Notes under the pieces: generated by a model
Told to the model about the DNA's origin: nothing
Seen by the model: only the letters and a program-made list of their open reading frames with translations
The model's database searches: none
Assembly: GCA_010015585.1 (NCBI GenBank)
Contig: ML975159.1
Direction: 5' to 3' (one strand)
Origin: Eremomyces bilateralis CBS 781.70
Lineage: Eukaryota
DNA: 64,000 bases
Program-made: the position numbers and the translations under genes
Part shown: positions 25,440 to 38,983 of the stretch, piece after piece
Layout: every line of letters begins with the position of its first letter
How positions within the stretch are numbered: position 1 is the stretch's first letter

Positions 25440-26877
25440 ATCAGTGGTCGTGAGGTTGATGCTTCATGAGATTCAGTCAACGCTGCTTCACAAGGCTGGA
25501 TTGTCGAAATGTCGATATTGAGGATCGAGATGCGTTAACACAATGTTAGTTAGGTACGGAACCAGCAAAAGCTTTGTAGAGGTGCTGGAGGCACCAGCGG
25601 CCTAGCCACCTCACATCTTTCTTGGGAAGGTACTGGATGCTCTCGTCGCTATCCAGTTGATTCCTGATACCCACTGCACCTTCGTGCGAGGACTCTGCTG
25701 CACTCTGTGGCGGGTCGTGGCACACACTTTACCTCGACTGCTGCTTCTTCCCAAGCTGAAGGGAATACAATGGGCTTCCCCATCTCGATAGCCTGAGGTT
25801 TGGATTCTCAGACATAGACATCTTCCCGACTAGCTTGTCTTACACCGAAGGGGTTCAGACTCAACCCAAGTGAAACCATCAGGATTAGCTTCGCATCTAA
25901 GAAGAGGCTGCTGGTTCCGTCGCTTTTTACGGTTAAAGGGGCAAGGCAGCGTGGCCGTCTTCTCCAGCACCCTTTTCCATGTCGGCCTTTTCTTATCTTG
26001 ACTTTCACCTACTATGTGCCGTTTTGAGGGCTCATAGTGTAAACCCTGTTAGGTAGAGTTAAGTACTTCATCTCAGGAGAACTGGCTAGTGACATTGGGA
26101 TCACAAATACGCCACCTCAGAACCGTCGGTTCCGTCGTACCGCGGCTGGGAGTGGTATGTGCAAAGTCGTACTTGGCAACTTGAAGTTCTGTTGAATTCG
26201 CGTTGGAGAACCTGGGTACAGAACAACCTCACCACGGTGTTCTCTCGATCTTATGGATGTCTGGGCAACTGTATTGTGCGGACAGGACACTTATATGGGA
26301 TGATCAATCTCGAAGTTCACCCATCTCATGAGATGTACCATAGCGGTGTTCTTCGTGAGGATGGACTCCATGCCAAAATCTGCGGCGGGAAGGCCTATCC
26401 GTACATATGTTAATCCAACTTGATCTGTTTAGGGTTGGTAACGTGTCTCTACTCCTCATTTTGAAAAGGCACAATAGTCGTGTGGCTAGGCTGTCAAGAG
26501 AGTGCTGGGTACTTGCAGTATTCGAGAGGAGAGTCTGGAAGAAAGGGTTCTTCAATATTTGACAGTTCGAGAACCTGGCTGGATAAAGTGAATGTCAATT
26601 TGGATAGGTTTGATGAAGTAGGAATGATGCCACCTATTTGCGATCTCGACTCGTATTTTAAAGTTGGCAGAGATACCTGTGGATGAACAGCAACGGAATC
26701 GAGCGGGGTGTTTTTAAGATAGATCACCGAATATCCATACCAGCCCCCTCTAAGAAAGGTTGGAAACCCAACGCGAAACCCAGAAACCTTGCCTCCACTG
26801 TTCAGGCCACTAAACAATACAAGACAGCTTGAATTGTAAGACCAACCGAGTTGTAATTACATGATCCCTCTTCAACA

Positions 26878-28599
26878 ATGACGACGTTGAGCGGACTCTC
26901 TCGAATTCCCCGTGGACAAGGTTCGTCTCGCCATGCTCTCTGTTCGTCACGGAGTAGGAGAAATGGCCCCCGTCTAACATTGGCCACAGAGAAGCTTTCA
27001 CAGGTGACATCTATAGTCGAGCAGTTGCAGAAGGATATTACGGAGAAGGCCTTCTCTATTTCTGGTATGTGACACTGCGACAAACGACTTCAAAGAGGAT
27101 TGAGGTTGACATAACCTTAGAACAAACCAAGCTGCTAGAAGAGCTCAAGATCCTTGGAAGAGATCCTCAGAATGCGGATCCTATCTTCACGAAAGATGTA
27201 AGAGAGCCGATTATTCGGAGTCTCGCTGGGTGTTAACAGCGTCTTGAAGGGTATAACCCTGTTGGCAGCATATGGCTTCGAACGGAAGAACCAAGAGGCA
27301 TTACGTTGTCTGGCAAATGCCATGTTCCTCAAACCCCAAGCCCGAAAGCTATTCCTAGACAAAGGCCTTGCCCCAACAGCGATAGGTCTCTTGAAGGTAT
27401 GCTTCCTAGATGTGAGCCAAGGCTTCCCGATCCGTGGACTGACGTTTGTAGAGTCGTGACTTTGATGATCAGTTCCTCATTTCGAGGATCCTGTTCCTAT
27501 TGACCTATGAATCGAAGACAGATTTCACGAGTTTGGACAAGGATGGGATACTCTCAGATGCCATTCCCACCGTACGTATGCACATATATTTCCAAACCCG
27601 GAATTCTACTAATGCGCTGAGTTGATAGGATCTGCGGCAGCATGCGCAAAGATACGCCGAGGTTGGCAGACAACCGTCCGATACGGCAATCGAAGAGATG
27701 GCGCTCTGCGAACTCCTAAAACTAACATTTAATCTCACCCACTTCCACCCCAGTTTCGTCCCGTCGTTATCGTCATCAATTCCTGACCTTTTCGACATCC
27801 TCAGATCCTTGCAGGGCTTGGATCCTCCGATGAAGCCTCCTGCAAATCTCGCTGTCAATGCCTTGTTGAATCTTGTAGGTGAGGGCAATGAAGATCAGAA
27901 CAGCATTATCTTCCCAGAGGACTCTCCCTCGTTGAATTCTTCGACTCTGTTAGACCTGTTACAGCAGGTCACGGGTCCGCAGGATGCGAGCGGACTTGAA
28001 GATGTACTTCCATCACTTCTCACACTCCTTCGAAAGATCTACAAAATAGCCCCCGAATCTGTGAAACAGGATTTTCACACCTGGCTGCTCCCATCCGACT
28101 CCGAGAGAGATCAACCACTGGGAAGATCTGGCAGCCTGCCAGCCCGCCTGCTCCAACTATCCGCATCATCTCTTTCAGAGCAGACGCGGTTATCCATCTC
28201 CGCCATGCTCTTTGAGCTATCTGGAGAAGACGCTAGCCGGTTCATCAAGAACATTGGCTACGGCTATGCTGCTGGGTTCTTGCTGGCGCAGAAAATAGAC
28301 GTCCCCGCGGAATTACTGGAGGCATCGGAGACCGAGGACGGCGATTCTGTGCCGATTAATCCAATCACGGGGCAACGGTTGGATGCGGAACCGGCGGTGG
28401 CGGGCCCGCCGATGACAGACGAAGAGAAGGAAAGAGAAGCCGAGCGACTCTTTGTGCTCTTCGAAAGGTATGGATTGGTGTCACTCGGGTATGCGTATAG
28501 ACTAACAAATGTTCTAGGCTGAGGCAGACGGGTGTGGTCGATGTGAGGAATCCGGTAGCGCAAGCGCTGGAGGAGGGCCGGTTTGAGGAATTAGAGTGA
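26878..28599 (+). CDS. RIC8: Ric8/synembryn G-alpha GEF and chaperone, multi-exon
   Basis: EALRCLANAM, IGYGYAAGFL, INPITGQRLDAE, EKEREAERLFVLFER|L, NPVAQALEEGRFEELE*. Confidence 0.92.
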
Positions 28600-29280
28600 T
28601 GGTTTACCACAAAAACGGTAATATCAAAGGAAATGCTGGGGCTAGTGCAAAACGCCAATATCCAGGAGTTCGGCAGATGAGACGGGTCTATCTCAAGGAG
28701 CATAGGGCTGAGGAGTTGAGTGGCGCCTTCGGGAAATGAGTTTGAATATCCTAGGCAATGAGATGATACACGATGCATGTTATTCATTATGCTATGTCTA
28801 TTTGATGCGGATCAATCATCCCCCATAGCAATAATGTGTACGTTGAGGTTCTACCATAGTAAGAAGCTAATAGAATCTGGTAGTTAACCTGGGATGATAT
28901 TGCCAAGAAATTGGTGATAGGGACAGTAAACATCTCGGTATCGGACATCAAGGTTCATCTAGCACCATTGCAACAAAACGATACAAACTCCTATGTACAT
29001 ATTATTCCTTGCTGTTACTTAATTCCCAAAGTCACTAAAGCGCATATATCCGTCTCCTTTCTCTATGGACAGATGAGCCTCCGCGAGGGTGGAGAAACGT
29101 CCTGCAACAGGTTGCAGCGACGGAAACGTGATGTGAGCATGTATGAACACCTTAACACACATATCCTGATTGCTAACAATTGTTCCTATCGCCTTAGAGC
29201 CTTGAGTTGTGCCCGATACGATTTCACATTTCGCTCGAACTCCCTCGTTTACCGTCGGATATAAAAGGTACACCTCCGTC

Positions 29281-32200
29281 ATGCCCGCCTTCAACCAGTT
29301 AGACCCTACGAAACACACCAGAGCTATGGACAATCTAACTTTCGGGCAGTGTGTCAGGGAGGTGGTGGCTAGGAGGGAGGAAATTAGGGAAACCTGTGAA
29401 CGGCATAGGGGTCGCGTCCAGAGACTCGGCCAGTTGATGCTCGATACCCACGAGGAAATCCGTATAGCAGAAACCCGAAATCTTATTTTCACGAAGAACC
29501 ACAGGCAGCCGGATATGGCTCCCACTCAGCCTTCTATGTCGGAGGATGAGGACCCGGAAATTGAAGCGGAATATGAACGGTGTTCGCGACAATCTGCGAT
29601 CATCAACACCCAAGGGTTCCCCGACAAACTTGTGAAGCTGCTACAGGATTCGGAGAAGGCAGAACGATATCAAAAGGCTCTGTGGAAGCCTAATGAGGAG
29701 CGAAGTCAAGTTCTACAATACCTGGTCCGAAGGTAAACCGGTTTGCGTTGCTTGTCTCCAACTCCCGCTGACGGTCGTGTAGATACATTTGGCAGATTCG
29801 ATACGGCTGTCGCAACAAGCAATGCAAGAACCCACACTGCTTCTCCTCAAACCGACCTACTCCCACCGAACCCCCCATCCGGCGACCTACTTTCTACACT
29901 GCACGCATGATGGCGTATACCCTTGCTACTCGAGATAGACCGCTGGACGATCTATGCGGGGACCCTCCCTCAATCCAGGTCAAGGACTTGACGAAGGACT
30001 TCAACATCGACCCCGCCGATATGGACGCTTTCTTACACGAATGGTTTCGACTGCCCTGGTCAGCTCCATCTGCAGCAGAATCAGAACAGCGGCCCTTCGA
30101 GGTGCAGATGAACAAGTTCCACCCGGTAATTGATGGCCAGGATCTCAAGACGGCGACCCAAAATCATCCCGAGATGCTTTATTTCGGATCGTCCAAACCG
30201 CGGCAGACAAGAATGATGTTCAAAGCGTACATCGAACGCATTTGCCAAGATCGGAGGGATCGAAAGTCTCTTGTACAGAATCTTCTGGGATCTTGTACTA
30301 GCCGAGCGTTCGAAGTATTGGACCCTTCTTTCACCCATCTGGACGGATTCAGCACGCCGTGTTTTATTCCCCCCCACTCTGATCAACAGGCTGAACCAGC
30401 ACCGCGAATCGAATCACCAGCGTCGGTAGAAACGGGAAAGACGGAGCCAGACCCACAACCGCAGAAACTCGAGCGTCGGACGAGCCTCCCTCTTGAAGGC
30501 CATGTAGCACCTAAATTGCGACCACCTCCAGGCCTGGAGAAGTTACCTAAGAAGCAGGACAAGGAGTCTTCTCGTCGAGGTAAAGAGAGACGGAAATCGA
30601 GTCATGGGAGTCAAGTTGTTCCAACGACGATTCCAACGGATGATGCGCCGATTGAAGGTCTTACAGAAACGAGCAAAGCGATCTCTCCCACCCATGCTTT
30701 GTCCGATTCGCCCTTGAAGCATAAAAGCATCCGAACGGAGGAACACCCTCGAAATAAATCGCAATGGAACGGGCCACCAGAAGGCGCCGAAGCTTTGGCA
30801 GAGGCATCATCAAGCAGATCCAAAAATCCTGCTCACCCACACCCTCTTGGCTCGGACCCCAAATCATCGAAGAGTATTTTAAGGAATGCTCCCGGATTGA
30901 TTGTCTTTACTGGACCGTCCCTGGTCGCCGTCCGAGACGAGCTACTTAAGGCGGACTACAACGACTTTCTCATGCTTCCCGCTCAGAGTCTCGAGGAGGG
31001 TCTGGAGCCGTACTGGTTTCGGTTCCCGAACCCAACCAGGAAACCAGAAATGGCTCTTAACACCGTCAACCATGCACTACAGGCGTCTCTGAGTTCTTGG
31101 CCCACCTTGCTCAAATGCTTCCGCGAAAGTCCCGGTGTAGACTCGGTCTATAAGACGCCAAATAAATGTTCCCTGAGTTACTTCAGAGCCGTCGAGAAAG
31201 CCAACTGCTTCTCCATGTGGCCCTCACTCAATGGATCTCTCATCTTGGACTCCCTCTGGCATCCTCTTCGGGCGTTATATAACCCTCCTTCCGAGTTGTC
31301 AGCGCAAGGCCAACGTAGCCCAAAATTGCGAGCTCAGAGTAGAAGCTCTTCGTTTTCGGCTCAGCCATCACCACAAACGGCGACAAGACCACCACGTTCA
31401 AACGTTCCGTCTGGGCGGTATCTTACAGACGAGGAGGCCGCACATATCATCATGGTCTGCCTACAGGCAATGTTTGGGCGCGGTGGCATCATGCAGACGT
31501 GGCTCGGAAACAAATATTTCTACGAGGGACGGGCTCTGGGAAGAACTTATGCTGTCGACTCCGTGCAGGGTAAATCGCCCGATATAGGCTATATTGATGA
31601 AATCGACCATGAGCCCACGAGAAGGTTGTTCCGTGCGGTTGTTCGGGCACTTGGCGTTAGGCGTTGCTTTGACGAGATTGCAAAGACGACGGGCAAGTCC
31701 GAGGCAACCCCTGCCCGATCACCAAATCCCCTTGAGATTGAAGAGGAAGTGCACAGCCATTGCAAAGTTTTGAAGCTCATACTTGAGTACTTCGTCGTCG
31801 GAAAAAAAGACCTCCGCAAGATTCCTTGCCAGGACGGGGTGCTTTTGGTGGCGAAGGCCAGCCCATCGGCCAGAAGACATATTGCTTACGTCTATACATT
31901 CATCGACATGCTGCAGTCGATCATCTTGTATGAATGGGACGGAAAAGCCGAACTTCATCGATGGTCGCCGGTTGGCGCGGCTATTGACATTCTCGCGGAC
32001 ATTTACAAAGACCGCGATCTCTGGGGCATCCCAGCGGAACGGTTTGCGATGCAGTATATCCCCAATCGCCTTGATCCCATCTCAACACCTCTCTCCTACA
32101 TTTCCTGGAACCGCACACCCAATACCTCGCATCTCCTTTCGTTTCCGTTCCTCTTCCCTAAACCTATCATCACGGCTTACTTCCGCACTGTCACCTTTTC

Positions 32201-33532
32201 CAGTCTCTCTAATGCCTATAACGCCGCCACATACACAAAAAACCTCTTCGAGAAATGGGGCCACGAAGTATCCCACGAATCCGACTTTCCTGATGCGCAC
32301 GAAAATCGTCAAGACTATCTCGAAAGCCGCATGAGTCGAGCGATGACTCGGATGCTCTACCTCGACTGCAAGCGAGGAACCGTCCTCCAGGACGCATTCA
32401 CCCAGCTCTGGGGCCGCGAATTGCGGGAGCTGAAACGACCGTTAAAAGTGCAGCTCGGTTTCGGTGAAGGCGAAGAGGGCCTCGATCATGGTGGCGTCAG
32501 TCAGGAGTTCTTTGGTGTCGTCTTCGGCCCCGCATTCGTTGAGGATGCCGGTCTCTTCGTGACCGATAAACGATCACAGATGACCTACTTCCGGCCACTG
32601 TCGCCTGCTTCTCTGGACCATTTCGAATTGGTCGGGCTCCTCGTCGGTCTCGCTCTGTACAATGGCTGCACGATTCCCATCAATTTCCCGCAGGCGGTAT
32701 ATAGAAAACTCCTCGGACAGCCGGTTGACCGCATTGAACATATCAAAGATGGATGGCAAGAGTTGGCTCAGGGTTTCGAGCAGCTTCTCTTGTGGGGCAG
32801 CCGCCCCGGTCAGGAGGAGGATGTCAGCGAAGTGTTCATGCGGGAGTATATATACACCTTTGACTGCATTTCGGGTCCGGTCGACGTCGACATGAATGCA
32901 ATTGACAGAGACAAAGTTTGGCCTGATCTACTGAAAGAAGCGACTGAGAGTGTAGCGATCATGGTCGATAACTCCAACCGCAAGCGGTACGTACAGGATT
33001 ACATTTACTGGATGATCCACAAGAGCGTGGAACCGGCGTACGAGGCTTTTGAGGACGGATTCTACACCGTCATCGACAGACGCGCGGTTTCGGTAAGTCG
33101 ACCTTCTACCCCCCGCAGTCTTGTTGAATGCAGCTGACCTCCTTGCAGATGCTCTCTCCAGAACACCTGGCCGTCCTGATGGCAGGCCACTCCAACCTGT
33201 CGGCAATCGGCCTCTACCGCGCCGCCACCTACGAAGAGGGCTACTCCCGCTACCACCAAACGATCCTCGACTTCTGGCAGATCGTGATGGCCTTTGACGA
33301 GAAGAAGCTGCGACGGCTGCTGGAGTTCGTCACCGCGTGCGACCGCGTGCCGGTGAACGGCATCGAAGACGTGGCATTTTGCATTGTCCGGAACGGAAGC
33401 GACTCGGACCGCATCCCGCAGAGCATGACGTGCTATGGGAAGTTGTTGCTGCCGCAGTATGACTCGAAGGCGAAGTTGAACGAGAAGTTGAACGTGGCGT
33501 TGGAGAATAGTCTTGGGTTTGGTGCGGCGTAA
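29281..33532 (+). CDS. HECT E3 ubiquitin ligase with N-terminal AZUL-like Zn domain (UBE3A/Hul4-like); start codon uncertain
   Basis: After intron 29733-29782: YIWQIRYGCRNKQCKNPHCFS. HECT motifs GEEGLDHGGVSQEFF, LLEFVTACDRVP, PQSMTCYGKLLLPQY (catalytic Cys), ENSLGFG. Confidence 0.9.
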
Positions 33533-34199
33533 TGGAAACAATTCCTGTGGGCAGTTATGGTAAGGATGATTATGATGTGTTTCATTGTTACTTGTTACGA
33601 TCACGGTAGAGTACAGTAGACGATCTGGTATGCAGCGAATTGTGTCAACCTCATCTCAGTGGTTTTGTTAGGTATTGGGATATGCCTACAGAGGCTGGAC
33701 TGGAGTTTTCAAAAATGATATATCCACAATTAGACTCAAGGGTCAACAGTTAGATGTACAAGTGATCATTTTTAAACTACCTATCTTATATCCCTGATTT
33801 GCTCTCATGCCCGTTTCTTTTGGATTTTCTCTTTTGTTTTGACGTGCAATGCGCACACTTCTACCGTTACTGATTTTTGGGAGATTTTCTGTTTCATTTT
33901 GATGGACTCATGCCAACCACCGGGGTACTGATTTTTTGGGATTTTCTCTTTTCTAGTATGATGTGGATTCGACCCTGGGGTTCCCATTCCGACTGCTCTA
34001 CTCGTTTGGTTGTAGGCCAAACAGAATCAGGAAAGAGAACATCGAAGTTGGAGTCAAGCTGCCGTCCATTGCAGCTGCCCAAGTATGAAGGTGTGCTAGG
34101 ATCAGGGTATTGAACAGGCCCAAGAGTGACACTTGCCGTCCGCGGCATGGATATTACATACCCGAAGACTCCAGCAACACAGAAAAGTGGGAAGTAGAG

Positions 34200-34660
34200 A
34201 GGAAACACTTGAGTAGAGAAGCGGATGAAGCGGTCGGGCATGAGGCATATTTTTGGGGGGGTTTTCTCATATGCTGTTATCGCCATCATATGAGGAACAG
34301 GTGGATTATCCTGTACTGGAAAGGTTGTTTTGGAGGATTTTGGACGTGTCGGAAAAGTATGGGGAATCTGCTCACGCTTTGGATGAAGGCTTGCATAACA
34401 GCTTCCCACGCCACTGCAGTAGGATTGTGAGCAAGCTTTGTGCCAAGCAACCAATCTCTGAATGGAGCTGGTAAATTTGGTTGGATTTTGGGATATCCTC
34501 TTTTGGTTTTGATGCGCCGAAAACAATGAGCCTTTCGGCCAGTGTTTTGGAGGCAGTTTTCTATGTTTGTGAAGGAATTCGAGTATTGGCAGGCTATACC
34601 CTCGGGAAGGCCGAAAACAACGGGATTGATGTTGAATTCTCTGCCTGCACGTTGGGCTCC
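34200..34660 (-). pseudogene. Decayed, inverted partial duplicate of the BUD27 3' coding region
   Basis: 34335-34359 is the exact reverse complement of 40256-40280 (25 bp). Peptide REQIPHTFPTRPKSSKTTFPVQDNPPVP matches Bud27 REDIPRTFPTRPKSATATLPAPDNSPIP. Boundaries approximate. Confidence 0.75.
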
Positions 34661-34860
34661 CGATTTGTTTTGATGCTGGTTCGTTGTCCTTGGGTCTCGT
34701 TAGGTAATGTGGTCTGGAATATCTTGGAGTGAGACTGAATGCCTTGGCTGGGGGTTACCTGCATTCTAGCAACCCGCGTTTCTTCTTCGTCTGAATATGA
34801 CCCATCGTCGAGCCCGCCGAGACTCCCAATCAGTCATCGTGTGAGCTCACTTCTACCCGG

Positions 34861-36124
34861 TCAGATCCACGAGATCGATGAGGAGCAGGGCCCTTCACTC
34901 GAGAAGGAATACATCGAGCCTTCTAGTGCTTCACTTGTTGTATGAGATGCCATTTCAGCCTCGTCGACACCGCCCACACCGTCGTGAATATTCTCATGTC
35001 CCCGACGGAAATGATTGATGTGGAGCACCGGCGGTGTCTCTGGCGACCACGGGGCCGTGAAACGTGCAAGTGCCGCAGGGCTGAGCCAAGAATGATCAGC
35101 TGGCGAGGGGGTAGACTGAGTGCTGAGAGCCGCTTTGTCGTCCTCGTCATCGGAGTTGCTTGGATGTTTTCCATCCCGAGCACGACTTGTCCCATGGCTG
35201 ACCTGGCTCTCCGTGACCACCGAATCTCCGTTACCGAACTCCCCCACACCCAATTCGAAACGCCGAAGCGCCGCGGGGCTGAGGCCGACAGAACCCACCC
35301 GCCGTGACGGACAAGGTCGAGGAGACACCAAGTTGGCTTCCCAGCCGTGAGTCCGCTCAACTACCGATTCGATTGTTGCCATGCCATCGTTAACATCTTG
35401 GTCTGTTTGAAAATTACCTGTGGCGGCAGCATCTCGGTTCAGCAACATCTGGGTGAGAAATGATACGGTTCCTCGAACGCTTTGGTTATCCTTCATGAGC
35501 GCCTCAACGGTTTTGTTGTGATGGGCAATGATTTCGCTGAGCAGGGCAACGGATTCCTTGAGCTGGGTAATGAGAGTTTCCATTCCGATGGGTCCATCGG
35601 TCGTTTGTTCAAATGGGTCATCAAGGTTTCCTGATCGCGGTCGAAGCCGGAGTTCTCTACCTTTGGGGACGTTCCGAAGGAATTCTTGCTGGGTGCGAAG
35701 AGAAGTTTGACGAGGATCCGATCCGGCCAAGGCCAGGCCGAGAGCTAAACAGTTAGTCAGCTAAGTTATTACCATCAGGCTGGAGAAGTCACATACAGTT
35801 AGATGAATTGGTCGCACCCAAGTTCTCGCTGTTACGTCCCTTGGGAGTGGGCGATGATTGAAGCGATTGACCAATCAGGTTCTGGAGGCCTTCACGGAAG
35901 CCAGCGGAGTGCTGAAGATTGGAACTGGTCTGACGACAAGTTAGATAGAGTGTTAATTATCTGTGCTGTTGCATGCGATGACATACCTGCACAGCCGTGG
36001 AGACTTGGTGCCTATCATGCACAGCCGGTGCATTGGATGGCGCCACGGTAAACACCGCTGGCAGCTTCTTGCCCGTCTCCGTAACTTGGTTCGGAGACCG
36101 GGCACGCGGCCTGCGTCCACCCAT
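34861..36124 (-). CDS. Hypothetical three-exon protein with a predicted coiled coil; no family recognised
   Basis: ATG 36124 (MGGRRPRARSP). Two GTATGT...CTAAC...AG introns splice in frame into the 34861-35730 ORF. Confidence 0.6.
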
Positions 36125-37591
36125 TCTGAGAGTCGAATGCCGCGCCGAAGCTACTAGCCTATTTGTGGCGCTCCAAGGCTATCTCCAGACAATGAGGCGC
36201 AGGACACTGGGCGTGCAAGTCAAAATGGCAGAACGGTGAACGAGAGGGACGATGATTGAGAGAGTTTGAGTGCACGGAGACAGTGAGGGAACTGATGTTG
36301 GATGCCTGTTGCAAGATCAGTATTGGTGACGCGAGAGGATAGGAGCGGGGAGAGATTAACCTGACAATTCGCACTGTGTTATTTGTTTTGATTATTGAGT
36401 CAATTTTGGATACAGTGAATGTTTGTGTGAGTGGCCCATACGTCCTCTCTAGGCAACGATCGAGTCCTGAGAAGTGAGTGTGAAACCAGGCACGGTTGGA
36501 ACGCTCGCAGTTCCCAACAGACTTTGGCGCAAACTAGAAGAGGTGTGTAGAAGAGACTGTGGGAGTCAACAGGTCAGATGAATGAACGAATTCTTAGACT
36601 GGAAGGACTTCCTGCCTAAGAAATGGGCGTGATGAACGTGGCTCTTGAGTCGAGAGGTTGGGGTAGACCTGCCGGGACGCCGGACATCGACAAGGATATT
36701 GATGCGGAATGAAAAAGGGAGTAGCGCTAGTTGGGAAATCCTCAGGACAGAAGTTTTAGTGTTTTTTAGATATTTTTGTGTTTTGAAGCTAAGTGTGGGA
36801 AGGAAGAAAGAAAGTGCAAGGAGGAAGGACGAAGGGAGATCTAAACAATAGAAGGTAGGCGGGTCCATAGCAACAATCATCATCGTCAACATGGATTCCA
36901 CCATCATCCACCAGATTCGGTGAATGAGACCGTGGTGGAAGCGGTGAATTCACCAATTCACTGCTCTGGTCCCCCATATCTTAACACGATTGTCATCTCG
37001 GGGGGAGGGTCCTTCCTATATGCCATTTTGTTCTCCAAGATGAATCATCATGAGAGTCATGTCGGAGCCTAGCTTTGAGACAACTGATCACTGATGGCTG
37101 CAGCCTCGTCTTTTGGGTCAAACTTATTGCTTCATCATGAGTGGCCCATGAAATATCAAGGCAACGGTGAGTGGGTTGCCCTGTAAGATTTGTCCAAGCT
37201 GACATCTGGAGCAGCTCCTCTGAATCACTGCTGAATCAGGTATGCCGAGATTGTATGCTCATCACACATGTAGATTGAGCACACGGCAGCCTGTAGGGCA
37301 CAAGAACTAGGACTGATGCTTTTCAGTCATCTGGAGTTATATCCAACTGACATGCAGACCTCAGGACTAGGGGCTTGACAGCGACTCATATCCCACTCAT
37401 CGTGGCTTGTCCCTCCGCAGCGAAGAAGGCAGGCAGCTGCGGAGTCGGGAATTCCTTATTTCGGGAAGTCAAGCACATCGATCCTCCTTTTTCAATGACT
37501 AGATAACCGAGTATCGTACTGAGCCGTGGGCGAAAATGATCCGACATCCAGTCATGTACCCTTGAGACCAAAGCAATGATTGTCCACTGCT

Positions 37592-38635
37592 TCATGTTGC
37601 GGTTTGCTCCTCTCCGACAAAAACCGCCAAGCCCGCAAAGGCATCCGTCAGAGCTCTTGAACAGTACTCAGAAATGTCATATCCCCCAGCACGGTACGTC
37701 TGACTCGTTCGCGCCGTATCGAGGAAATCCCAAGCATAATGGCCCTTGAGCACGAAATATTCATGCTCGACAGTAACCTCACCGAAAGGCTCAAACGGCT
37801 TCTCCGGCTCGGGCCGGGCACGTCTTCGTAGGCCTTTAAACTGCAACCCAGTACCCGCCGAATCGCTGGTGTCCATCTCGTCGCCCGTCCCAACTCTCCG
37901 CGCCGTGCTCTTCTTGAGAAGCGTCCGCCGTCCTTGCCGCGCTATCTCGTCCGCGTTGCCTTCGCCTCTCGCAAGCTGGTTGATCACGTCAAGTCGGCCC
38001 TCCGCCCGTTCCCGCCGCTCTTCCTCGGCTTCGCGCAAGGCAGCCTCGCGTCGTAGCCGAGCATGTTCTTTCTCTGCGGCTTCCTGTGCTTGAAGCGACT
38101 GGGTCTCCTGAGACGCGAGGACTTCGTTCTCGCGGATGGCAGCTTTGTTCGCTTCCTCGTAGGCTTTCAGCTTCTTCTCGGTGGCGTCGACGTCAATCTT
38201 ATGGATTAGATTGAAGGTGAGGTCCTCGACTTCGTTGAGGTAGTTGTTGTAGTCCAGCAACGAATCGAACTCGTCTTCTCGGCGGTTGAAGACCTTGGCG
38301 ACGCGTTTGCGGACGTCGACCTCCCGCTCAATCTGGATGTCTTCGAATGTCTGCGGTCGGAATCGCTGCCTCCGAAGCGTGCGGTTGCAGCCAGCGACGG
38401 GGCAGACGCGTGGACCAGAGCTGAAGAGGCGGTCGACGCAGGATTCGCACATTTTGTGATAGCATTCCGGGTTCACTAGGAACCGCATGTTCCGGTTGAG
38501 GTACCGAGATGATTTGCAGACAGGACATTGGTCTACATAACATTTAGCTTGAGATATATGAATGAGACTTCTTGGACACTCACCCTCATCTGATATCTCC
38601 TTCGGTGCCCCATTTTTCAGAGACAACCGGGACAT
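37592..38635 (-). CDS. TFB3: TFIIH/CAK assembly factor MAT1 (RING finger)
   Basis: CPVCKSSRYLN..FLVNPECYHKMCESCVDRLFSSGP..CP..GC, FEDIQIEREVDVRKR. One 51-nt in-frame intron at 38583-38533. Confidence 0.95.
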   Translation of the reverse strand: MSRLSLKNGAPKEISDEGECPRSLIHISQAKCYVDQCPVCKSSRYLNRNMRFLVNPECYHKMCESCVDRLFSSGPRVCPVAGCNRTLRRQRFRPQTFEDIQIEREVDVRKRVAKVFNRREDEFDSLLDYNNYLNEVEDLTFNLIHKIDVDATEKKLKAYEEANKAAIRENEVLASQETQSLQAQEAAEKEHARLRREAALREAEEERRERAEGRLDVINQLARGEGNADEIARQGRRTLLKKSTARRVGTGDEMDTSDSAGTGLQFKGLRRRARPEPEKPFEPFGEVTVEHEYFVLKGHYAWDFLDTARTSQTYRAGGYDISEYCSRALTDAFAGLAVFVGEEQTAT

Positions 38636-38983
38636 CTTGCACAGAAGGATAAATCACTTCCCGCTGCGTAATTTCGGCGTCAGGGAAGGTCGTAGGAGTT
38701 CTGAATCTGGAGACATTAAGAACGGTAGGAGGAGTGTCATGGACCTTACGATGATGTTCAGTTGGATGTCAAGATGTGGCGTTCACTTCTGATAGCGGGA
38801 AGAATAATCAGATCTAATTGGACGAGGGGACGGGAGGTGTGGCGCAATCTAGAGCAGGGGTCCGCTTGCTAATTCAGCCCTATGAAATCTGGGACATTTC
38901 TGAGTTCTGACTTCAAATCAAATTCCGCTCTTCCACTCTCTAACATTTATTTCCTACCGATTCCTCCACATATGGTGATCACC

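Noticed and set aside
26150..26820. Coding-like composition upstream of RIC8
   Set aside because: No consistent frame or recognisable protein could be reconstructed.
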